From Iphione sp. A-MEVVRFRX5 (lineage: Eukaryota): DNA of 64,000 bases. Where the stretch lies: NCBI GenBank assembly GCA_976226885.1, contig OZ320315.1, positions 36,766,001 through 36,830,000 of the forward strand, read 5' to 3'. Below the pieces are notes generated by a model. It was not told the origin of the DNA, made no database searches, and saw nothing but the letters and a program-made list of their open reading frames with translations. This document shows positions 1 through 10,700 of the stretch, piece by piece (the first letter of the stretch is position 1; each line of letters begins with the position of its first letter). The position numbers and the translations under genes were made by a program.

Positions 1-118
1 GTTAACAAATTCCACTGGCCTAATGTAAAACTACCATTTTTTTCTGTTCATCAAGTTTGTGTGTATGCATTGAAGGAGTGTTCTATGAAGAAGCTGATAA
101 ATTTATTTTGATCTGCAG

Positions 119-3100
119 CTTGTTGGCAGCCCAGCTGATGGAACATGGAACAGTGAAGACAGACCAAACAAATGAACGACCTCTGCCATCAGTGCTGGGT
201 AAGAACCTTTATACCATAAATTCAAACTGGAGACTCGGCAGAACTTTCCCTCAGTTTGAATGCCAGCTCTGAAGCTTTTGTAGAAGTAACCTTACATTCT
301 CGTCCATGAACAAATGAAGCCAATATTTGGGATACTTTAGGCAGAGGTTCTTGAGATTGGTTACGTGTGGCAAACATGAAAAGATTTTGCAGCATATTGC
401 AAAACGACAAAATGTGGTTGAACGTCGCCAAGTGTGGTAAGATCTGGTTAAACAAAAGAGAATGACAATTTTTTTTTATTTGGATATAGTAAGGATCTTT
501 CCGTTGGTGCCATCTGTGCCAGTTTACGGTTGACATACAGCAGTTTTTTCCCTAAAGTATTGAAGTATGTACTTGTATATTGCAATGTATGTTAGAGCAT
601 GGCTTGTAATCGTGATGCAAAAGCCCGGTAGTACGCATCCAAATATACATATGCAACATTATTGTAGAGAGTAGGATTCACCTGAGATATTGTTCTCTCC
701 TTTACAGATACATGTATGTTCTGACAACTGCCTATACTAGCTTATTGCCCCCTGATTCATGGGGGGGGGGGGCTAGGAATACTGCTGTCCATCATGATCT
801 TGTAGGGCTATCTACTTCTAAACCATTGTATGAAATGCTCTGATTGTTGAGAATGTTGTTCGACTATTTGGAAGTTTGTTACTGGGATAGGTTTGTCATT
901 TGAGGTGATCTATATATCCCAAATGAGATCCTGTTAGTCTTCTGTGTAGCAAAGGTGCAGTCAAGTATAAAATGTCCACTCACAGATATGACTAGGTACT
1001 TCACATCTTAGGTGGCCGGCAGATATCAAAGTTTCTGTTTCTTGTTTGATAAATAGTTATTCAGTACATAAATGAATATGACACTGGCCGTATCATCTAT
1101 AGTCGCTTTACAGTATGATAGATTTAAATTGTTTTACATATACAGCAGGAATAGAAGCAAATTCAAGTCAGTTTATTGTCTAAAAATTTCTTTTATATTC
1201 CTTTTCCAGACACCATCCCCCCGAATATCCTAGAAGATATCAAAGGTGAGTAGTTAAAATTGATATCGATATTTCCTCCATACCCTCCTGTTCTCATGAA
1301 AATATTTGTAATGATTTTGGAAAGTAGTGTAATATTTAATGTCGGGGTACGTGGTTGTTTGGTGTAATGCAGATTTTTTTTTCCAAAAGAAAGCTGGAAA
1401 AATTGGTGAAAGTCATCGGCTCGGTCGCTTTACATCCTACCGTGTTCTTAATGTCACCTCAGAGAGAAAGATATCACTTACATTGTTTAACTTTTATGAA
1501 CTCTCGATGGACATAAGTAAATAGATATATATATTTCCAAAATAAATGGGATCTATATAAAGTTCCTGTTTTTTGTTTCTCTTCCTAGTTCGAACTTGCT
1601 TTGTAACAACACTGGAACGTGCAAAAGATATTGCAGCCGCTCGGAATGAAGAGGATGAAAGCAAGGTAGATTTCAGAAGTTTCTTTATAATATGCTCATA
1701 CCGCCATCTATGTAATGAATGCTGTCTGATATTAACAGTGCATGTACCTACATTCCTGTCAAGTGTTAGAATTGTGAATATTCTCAGTAACGAAAGCTGT
1801 ACCTTTTATTCCAGTACCCTACGCCACCCCCAGACGTGGATTATCCGTTAGATGGCGGTAACATCTTGCACATCAAAGGCAAAATTAGGTGGGTCAGGAT
1901 TTGCAGCACATTCATCTCAGATTTATGTAAGCATCGGGGGAAAAACGAGGAAAATTTTACAGCGGTGTTTCTGAGCTTACCTGATAGTCCTGACCCTTGT
2001 GCGTGAAACTGTAGGAAAGATTTGTCCGGGAACCTCATTTGTACGGTTCTTAAATTTGAACACATTTTGGCTAGAAGGATTCCTTGGTGACGGTGTGAAA
2101 AAAGTCTCCAATTTGAACTAGAGGTTTCTTTATCGCATTTAGTTTAACCGTATAGATATATCTAATGATTTAACAGGGTGCATACTTACCTACTTGGTCT
2201 CCACTCAGTTTTCTAGAGCCCTGGAGCAGTGTACATGCGACGATGTTTGTGGATTGGTGAAGTAAAAAATACCTTTAAGATTATGCGCTGTGACCAGTCC
2301 GTTTTATTACTACATGTACTAAACGCTGCAAAATTGGGAATACATAAAAAATAACAGGGTGCTTATTCTTCAGGGAACACACGTGTGAGGTACTTTTTGA
2401 GCAAGACAACGAAGAACAATCCATTGCCACCTTGATCCTTGAAGCCATTTTAAAGGTAATGATAAATTGTTCCAATAGTGTTATAACCGACAGAAAGAAT
2501 CTGATCATATTTCATGCCATAAACTTTTTGGGTGTCTTCTTCGATAGTTGTTTTACCATAACTAAAGAATGTACATCTGAGTTAATTTACTTTCGCAATG
2601 TGTTGTATAGTAGATCAAGCCAATCAGGTGAAGGAAAAACATAGATCTGACTTTAAGATTTAGTTGGCAACATACGTTTCACCATTACACCTAATGAAGA
2701 CCCATAAAGAAGTCGAAAGCTTGTCTGTACCAACTGTGACACACCCAATAAATTTCCAACTTCTGTCCTGCATCTGGGTGTCAGTCTGACCATCCTACAT
2801 AACCTACGTTTATGTATTTTTCTTGTCAAAAATCTTACGCTCACACTTACACACACACATCTTCAGGCCTCCACATGTTAATCTGTATTGATCGATCACA
2901 ATCTCCACCAGTGTCCAGTCGACATGCGCCGCACGCTGTCTGAGAACATCCTGCTGCTCGGAGGTACGACCATGCTGCCTGGTTTCTGCCACCGCATGCA
3001 GGTGGAGCTGCGTGAGCTGCTCGCCCGACATCGGTATCGCGAGTCCCTCTGTATCAAAGAGCTCAAGTTCCAAGTGCCACCGGCAAGGGCCAACTATGCT

Positions 3101-3587
3101 TCCTGGCTTGGCGGTAAGCCCCGAGTTCCCCCGCCCCCCCCCCTTTCCTTCTTCATGCCGTGTTAATCTCTCGTGATGTTTTTCTATTGGTTAAGCGGTT
3201 AGTTATTTCTATACCAATGCCAAACTGTTTTACTTTATTATGAGGTGATATCAAGAGCTTCATGACTACTGTCACAGTAGAATCTTATTCGGGAGTAAAA
3301 GTGAAGATGCCAAAAAATCCTACTTGGCATTAGACAAAATCAACGGTAGAAGTTGCTGTCCTGTTGGTGTAATTTCAGTCTCCTGTTACCTATGTGCTAC
3401 GGTAATTTAAGAGGATACAAAGATTTTTGCTGTTGTACTCGTTTTAGGTGCCATTTTCGGAGCCCTGGAGATTCTTGGTAGCCGGTCAATCGCCCGGGAG
3501 ACGTTCAGCCAGACAGGCGTGGTGCCAGACTGGTCCTCACTAACGGATACGGACGAATCTGAGGAGAAGGCGGCCGCCAAGCGATAA
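119..3587 (+). CDS. ACTR10: Actin-related protein 10 (Arp11, dynactin subunit), 3' part; 5' exons lie outside the window
   Basis: Phase-consistent GT-AG exons 119-198, 1210-1245, 1589-1665, 1815-1888, 2374-2455, 2912-3113, 3448-3587. They translate to ...[25 protein letters not shown]...[15 protein letters not shown]...[51 protein letters not shown]...[26 protein letters not shown]...PDWSSL...stop, which closely matches the recalled ACTR10 C-terminal half. Confidence 0.93.
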
Positions 3588-4107
3588 TATGATAGCCACT
3601 GTATAAAGACTATTACCTTATAATAACCAGCCCCTCCTAATAGCAGATGAACAAAGCTCGCAAAACAGACTGTAACAAATGTGTTATTCTGCTAAATTGG
3701 TCATTGTTTAAACAATATTATCATGGTTCAGGGGCGAAGGTGACGGATATTGCTGTCAAATTGAATTCCTCAAACTCTCATTTTCAATATGCATTTATAT
3801 CAGTAAAGAGAATAGTTCATCACATACACGCATTTCTCCCTTATCTAATTACATGTATACGGCAATTTAGTAACAAATCATCTTTGAATGGTGAAATAGA
3901 AGTTCATGAATGTGGAGTATCGAAATTCCAATAAGAAATTAATAGCACAATATAAAACATGTTGACAACACCGCTACATTGGTGCACTGTTGGAAGCTAA
4001 AACATTGAATCATCGGCTTAATTCTCGGCTTATTTTATATATGAATCTTTGGTGCAATAACGTTGTGTTGTACCCCTGACAAGGGGCAGTTGCTTTTACA
4101 TATGGGA

Positions 4108-4148
4108 CGGAAGTAGAACAAGTCTGTGCGCCGCTTTAGTGACGTCAC
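4108..4148. promoter_or_regulatory. ETS-like site (CGGAAGT, 4108-4114) plus palindromic CRE (GTGACGTCAC, 4139-4148)
   Basis: Motifs read directly from the sequence; function is inferred only. Confidence 0.3.
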
Positions 4149-4411
4149 TTGCGAGGAACCTTTAGGGTTGTTGGTATTATCTGTGGGAATTTGTTACAAA
4201 ATGTCTTTACTTGCAAATGCGCTATTTATTTACATGTACATCAATAAAATATTACTCTTACAAAGTCTTTCCTTTGTTCAACATTCAAACTACAATATAT
4301 TAAGAGTTATTTTTAATTATTCAGTTTACGGGAGTAAATGGAAATGGCAAACATCTCAACACTCTATTAACAAACGAAGATTTTAGCGCAGATCACAATA
4401 CAGCCAGTCTC

Positions 4412-6004
4412 TTATTTGTAAAATTTACTTGGACGAAGGGCATATTTCTTGATCAGACTTCCTTCTTGTTCAGCTTCTCTGGAACTCTTGTCAGTTCTAA
4501 TCGGGTTCAGGCGGGAGGGGCGGCGGCCACCGCCGGCCGGCATGCGGGCAGGACTTAAAGAAGAAGTATCACTGGTCGCTTTGAGTACACCTAGATGCTC
4601 GAGCTCAGCCATGTGCTTATTGCGTGCCTGAGTTCTAGCGTGGCCCACGTCTAGTACGTGAGGTATGAGTCCTTCCTGCCTCATCTCTGTAACCAGTGTG
4701 TCTCCACTCTTGATCATCGGTGTCCTGAATTCACTGTCCCCTAACGGCTGCAGAGCGGGCTTGATCGGCGCACCCTTAGACTTTTTTGATCCGCGCTTCT
4801 TCTGTTTTCTCTTGCCACTTCCTTCGGAATCGCTCTGTCCTGAGTCGCTGGTGTCGTTGCTACCGTCATACATGGACGATGGACCACTATCCGTCGTCGG
4901 TTTGGTGGTAGTTTCCTCTCTACTTCCCGACTTCCCTCGTCGGATGGGCGACGGTGCTTGTGGTGCCTTCTTTCCTCTCCAGCTAATAAAACTGGGTGTT
5001 CTTGAACTTGTGTCAACGTTGGCGAGCGTCATGGGCCCGGCAACATCAGGTCCCAGACCAGTAACCACTTGCATTCTCTCTGTTTTTGTTTCGTTGAGCC
5101 GTTTGAGTTCTTCTCGGATGCGTGTAACTGCTGGCTGAGTAGGAGGGGAAGATGCCCTATCACCGTTTGATGTGGTTACAAGAGCCGCGTCAGTTTCTGG
5201 CTCAATGTTATCGACATTAGTTACTTTATTCACGTCACTGTCAGGTTTTATCGCTCCACCAGATGAGATATCTTTAGAATCTTCACCCGAACTACTCACA
5301 ACCTTTGCTTCCTGCTTCTTCGAATCAGTGGCCAGATCAATGTCCTCAATATCATCATCCACATCAGAAGTCAGGAATACATTTCCCAAGCCATGTTTCA
5401 TCACCAAGGCTGGGCTGTTTGCCCTAACTAATGATTTTCGGATTTTACTGAACTTTTTAGAACCAGTCCAATTTCCAAGGATGGCACTGGGTGGTTTATG
5501 ACTTCCACAATCATCACCAGAAGTATCCGGTGTTGGAATATCAATTAAAGATCCAGCAAAGGCGACTTTGGACTCAGATGTACTTGGATGTTCATGATGA
5601 TCATCGCCTTGTCTTCTAGCGAATATTGAACTCGAGGGACTGCCATCAGATACAGGTACTGAGTCTTTGTAGACAACAGTATCGCACGAGTCCAACGACT
5701 TATTTGAAAACGAAGAAACCACTTTAGAACCCACCTGTTCGGAAGGTGCAGGTGACACAGTTGTCGACGTTATTTCACTTGTCACTTTGTACTTTTCGCT
5801 AGTTTTTCTGCTTCGTCTGTCACGACTTCTACCGAAGGTAACGGTATTTCCTTTCCTGGGCGGAGATTCGTTCTCGAGAAGTATATCAGAAAAGATGTCA
5901 CGACTAAAATCTTTTACACTGGCCTTCCGCCTGCTCTTTCCATCTTTAGAGACACCATATCCCTTTTCGAATAATGTGTCTTTCTTTGAACCAGACGCAC
6001 CCAT
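4412..6004 (-). CDS. Intronless 530-aa low-complexity, probably disordered protein with an N-myristoylation motif
   Basis: Uninterrupted 1.6-kb ORF in AT-rich DNA. Starts MGASGS (MGxxxS). S/D/K/T/P-rich with basic clusters (KRKQKKRGSKKSK). Confidence 0.75.
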   Translation of the reverse strand: MGASGSKKDTLFEKGYGVSKDGKSRRKASVKDFSRDIFSDILLENESPPRKGNTVTFGRSRDRRSRKTSEKYKVTSEITSTTVSPAPSEQVGSKVVSSFSNKSLDSCDTVVYKDSVPVSDGSPSSSIFARRQGDDHHEHPSTSESKVAFAGSLIDIPTPDTSGDDCGSHKPPSAILGNWTGSKKFSKIRKSLVRANSPALVMKHGLGNVFLTSDVDDDIEDIDLATDSKKQEAKVVSSSGEDSKDISSGGAIKPDSDVNKVTNVDNIEPETDAALVTTSNGDRASSPPTQPAVTRIREELKRLNETKTERMQVVTGLGPDVAGPMTLANVDTSSRTPSFISWRGKKAPQAPSPIRRGKSGSREETTTKPTTDSGPSSMYDGSNDTSDSGQSDSEGSGKRKQKKRGSKKSKGAPIKPALQPLGDSEFRTPMIKSGDTLVTEMRQEGLIPHVLDVGHARTQARNKHMAELEHLGVLKATSDTSSLSPARMPAGGGRRPSRLNPIRTDKSSREAEQEGSLIKKYALRPSKFYK

Positions 6005-6051
6005 GTTTCTTGTGTAACTTTACGCTCTTTGGTCTTACCATGACATAAGTC

Positions 6052-6068
6052 GTGACGTCAGTACGTCA
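6052..6068. promoter_or_regulatory. CRE palindrome (TGACGTCA, 6053-6060) with an adjacent CRE-like half site, ~50 bp upstream of the 530-aa ORF start
   Basis: Sequence gtgacgtcagtacgtca; its position fits a proximal promoter of the minus-strand ORF. Confidence 0.35.
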
Positions 6069-6242
6069 TCATCTGAACAAATTGAGGGAAAGTAGTATTT
6101 AAATTCTGAATTCGAGACGCTAATAAATTGTGTAAATAATTTGTGTTCATTGAATGAGTTTTTTTCTATTTTCTATGGAGTACTTAAGTCTGGTATAAAT
6201 ATTCATCTACAAATTTGACAAAATACGCAACTAAATATATGT

Positions 6243-6618
6243 TTGATATGTCCTGAGATGTTGGTGTCTGGTTTCCCTCGTGTATTCACAAAACGCCTCA
6301 CATTAGGAAAACGACCAACTGATATGAGGAGCAGGAAGCATGGTTTGGTATCAACTCTGATGGTGAAAGATTTTGATGCTCTGCAAGCTTTTGATTTTGG
6401 CACCACCATTGAGGAAATGAATCTTAAGAATTCTCATAGCACTGATGCTACCCAAAGAAAAGCAAGAATCTGTTGATTATAATGCAATCACAGAGATTAT
6501 TCCTCATTTCTGCCTAATCTATGGATGTGCCATGCAAGCAAGAAATCCAGAAATGAGCCGGATGCTGAGCCGGAGAGTTGTTGTTTCCTGCCTTGCAGAC
6601 AACATCTGTGACCAAAAA
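6243..6618 (+). pseudogene. Frameshifted fragment resembling the N-terminal region of DUF6589-type (Academ-like) transposase proteins
   Basis: Two overlapping ORFs give LMVKDFDALQAFDFGTTIEEM... and ...HFCLIYGCAMQARNPEMSRMLSRRVVVSCLADNICDQK, ending at a GTAAG donor at 6619. The family call is recalled similarity only. Confidence 0.4.
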
Positions 6619-7744
6619 GTAAGTTTTGAAAATTAAAAACTCTGTATTATTTTCAAGTCAGTATACATTACCCTACTAAATCACCTCGAATACTGTAACA
6701 CAACACAATTCAAGACAACCCAGGGTCCAGTTCGGTTGGTATTTACTGCTAATTAAACATACAAAGTGAAGCTGGCAGAGCAATTGACCCTTCACTTTCT
6801 TATTCTATCCACAAATCTACGATATCATACTAACACAAAAATTACTATTGACACTTAAGAAATAAGCTACTCAGCTGGTTTTTTTCCTGCTTTCTATGAT
6901 TGAATGAACACAACTGAATTCTCCGATCACCCGGTCCACGTGACCTTTCGCTGGTTACCGGTTGCGTCATTTTTCACCAGCGTATACGCTGTCCGACAAG
7001 TTATCGTTGGGCGTGGCGTAACTCATGTTGAAAACCGTAGATGGGCATTATTAAACTGTAATATGTGAGACCTTCCTGCATGATCTATCATGAATATATG
7101 TTTTTTGAAAAAAAAAAATCATGTACACCATTTTTAGGCAGCATTTGAAATTTAACGATGAATATGAAGCACATCACTCGTTGTTTATCCGCCGTTATGA
7201 CCGTTATTTAGTTAAAATGCACATTTTTCCATTAAATTGATGCCTTTCTTTTTTTTTATACATGATTTAGATAAATATCATGTACAACAATTTTTATTAG
7301 AATATTTCCGATCATCATGATAACTTTGAACATAACGGCCTATGTCATGACGATCCCATCCTCTTTTTGCTTTCCCGCCCCATATCTAGCGATGTTATCC
7401 AGCTCAATGTTTTATGTGATTTATTATTTTTTTTTATAGGCAAATGTGATATGTTAACTGTCATGAAAAATAAATAAAGCTTTTAGAACACCTTTTTGCA
7501 TTTTTTGGTGTTAACATGTAGAAATACCAATCTATAAATTTTTTTTTAAAAAGTCATATATCCAAGGAATCATATATATTCTACATACCCCTTTTTAAAG
7601 GTATACAAGATAAATTCTTGTTTTCATTGTTAATAATTATGTGTGTTTTGATGCCATTTCTTATCTTTTTTTTACTAATAAAACCTTCAAACCCTACTGC
7701 TGGCTCTGTGCTTTGTTTTTGAAAAAAAACTCAAACTGACAAGC

Positions 7745-10700
7745 ATGGATTCAAACTCTTCTGCAAGTTCCTCAATGTTCCAGAGGGCTCTGTTGTCTGA
7801 GCTTCCCAGTGACTTTGGGGAAACGTACTTGGCCAACCAGGGAACCCTCTTGCATAGGATGAATGCAAAGAAGTTTCAGAGAGGTGGGTATGTGGACAAT
7901 GTTGTCCTTGAGAAGATGGGTGCAGACTTCCAGGTGTCTGCCATATGCTACAGGAGCATGAAGAAGAAAGAGCCTCCCCAACGCATTAACTTTGACATCA
8001 TTGTTAAGGCTGCAGAAATTCAGGGAGCATTGTGCTCTTGTGTAGCAGGGTAAGTAGAAACCCTATCATGTAGATTTCATTGTCTTCCACAGTCATTTTA
8101 ATCCTAATTTGTTGAATGTTAATTCAAAATTAAGTCATGTAGCTTTTGTTATCGTGTCGACTTCTTAGGCTAATAGCCAATAAGTTTATTTTCTTAAATT
8201 TAGATATGTCATTTTGACTGTTTTCACTGAGCCTGTATTATTTCCTCACCTTGTATTTAAAGAAGTTAAATTGAAACTTGTCATCAGAGTAATATGATTC
8301 TTGCACATCAATAGATCAGGTAGACGTCTTCCTTGTTAACATTAGCATTATTCTGTTTAAAGACCTACTGTAATTTTCAAATCGTGTCACATTGTTAGTG
8401 TTATCAAGTAGAATTTCTGTGCTGTTGTTAAAACTGATTCATATCATGTAGATTTTTGTCACGACCACTCAGGATAACCCCCACTCGCATTTGAACAGAT
8501 TTTGTTGTCACGTAGGCTATCTACGCTCATTTGTAAACTGAAGTATGTCACGTAGACTTTTCTCACGGTAGTTAATGATTTCCCACACTCGTTTTTGAAC
8601 AGAGTTGATTTAAACTCGTACACACAGTGTAATGTTTCTCGTATATCATTAAGACTATCATGTAGACGCCTTGCCTCTTAACATTATCATTATTATTAAT
8701 GACAAAGTAATTTAATTTCCAAATCGTGTCACCTAGAATTTGTTGTCACGTAGACTATCTGCGCTCATTTTTAAACTGAAGTATGTCACGTAGACTTTTC
8801 TCACGGTAGTTAATGATATCCCGCACTAGTTTTTGAACAGAGTTGATTTAAACTCGTACACACAGTGTTATGTTTCTCGTATATCATTAAGACTATCATG
8901 TAGACGCCTTGCCTCTTAACATTATCATTAGTGAATGCATTGAGCTTATGAAACAAAATGAGAAACAGGCTTTCCAATATAACAATTCTTTAATTTCAAT
9001 CAGTGAAAGATTTCAAATGTCCATGGAAGGCGATGTACAACTGCAGAACTTGTGGATCTCTCTGAAGTATTTGGCAATATGTTGAACATAATGTGATGAT
9101 TTAGGCAACTATCAACAAACTGATAGCAGTTCACATTCTAAGTATTAAATTGATTTGATGATTTCAAAAAAGTAATATACAAAATCACAGACGGTCCTGG
9201 TATTAAATCATTTGTATGCATCACAGTGTTTTACAGCAATTTTAAATATATTGGACATACATATACTTGCTTATATAGCCATGTTGCTTCACAAATAATA
9301 ATTGAACATGCATTGTTCTTTAGACGTGCTGGGAACTGTTCCCACCTGCAAGCCGTAGTGTACACCTTGAGGGATTGGATGTTGAATGGCCTGAAAGAAG
9401 TCCCTGAAGCAGCAGCATGCACTTCTAGGCCCCAGCAATGGGGTAAGCCTTGGCGTAAGTCGGTTGGTCCTGCAGCCGCAGCCTCGTTGGTTTTCGCCAA
9501 CCCAACCAAGGAGAACCGAAAGAGGAAACCTCCAAAGGCAGAATTTCGTGACAACAGGTAATTTTTACACTTTCCTTACAGTGTCACTGTCTTAGTAATC
9601 TGTTAGACACATTTACCTTTCATGTTTATACCAAAATGGCAATATTTGTATTCGAATAATGTAATTTACATCAGATCTTGGAACCATATGCAGAGAATCT
9701 GTTTATAACATTACAAAAGTACTGTTTACTTGACTTGTAAAAATTTTGCATTTATCATGTTGAAACCAGTAAGCTACATTAGCAAAATAATACAATATGC
9801 TCAAAATTACATCAATTTTTTTTCCAGGTGTGTGGAACTCAAACAAGAACCCTTCGAGGTGCTACCAAACTCCATATTGCCGGTGTCTTACTTGACCAGA
9901 GGTCCTCATCACCTTATGCAGTCTGATTTTTTTGGCATGATTCCTCAGAACTGTGCCTTGTCCTGCTTTGTAAGTATAATATATACAGGATTCATAATTG
10001 GTACTCACTGAAATGACTCTGGACATCCAATGTTTCTTACATTTAATTTGATACACTTTTTGAATTTTGAATCTAATTTGTAACATCAAAGTTCCACTAT
10101 TCAGGTTATGAAACATTTCTTACAAATTTTGTCATTTTAGTCTACCTTTAAACCACAATGAAAGTATCTAATCTAGTAGTGGATATTTTGGGGTGCATGC
10201 TCCCACATTTGGCTGTGAATGTGACTACACTGGCATGGTCATTTATTGGCAATTTGCATTACCTGCGTGTTGTAAGGCACATACTGTGGTATTCTCCTAT
10301 AGATGCTATGGACTTAGCGATAATATTTGCTTCAAGGATAATCTGCAGGTGGCTAAAGGATACATGGTGACTAAACATGTCAACATGATTTTTATAACAG
10401 TGTGTCATTTTGCGTCACTGTCTTTAATGGCTGCCTAACACGTCATTAACTGTGACTCATCGCTGCGCACTGCACGTTCTAACTGTAGTCGTTTTGCATT
10501 TTCCATTTTACCTTGTAATCCATCAAGTGGACACCCACCGATCATGGTGAAAAGGTGCAAATGGGGTACGTGCCTAAGGAATAACCTGCACGTTCTAACT
10601 GTAGTCGTCTTGCATTTTCCCTTTTACCTCGTAAAAGGCACCCACCGATCATGGTGAAAAGGTGCAAATGGGGTACGTGCCTAAGGAATAACCTGCAGGT

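Noticed and set aside
4449-6017. Plus-strand and alternative-frame ORFs overlapping the 530-aa gene
   Set aside because: Shadow ORFs of a coding strand with no motifs of their own.
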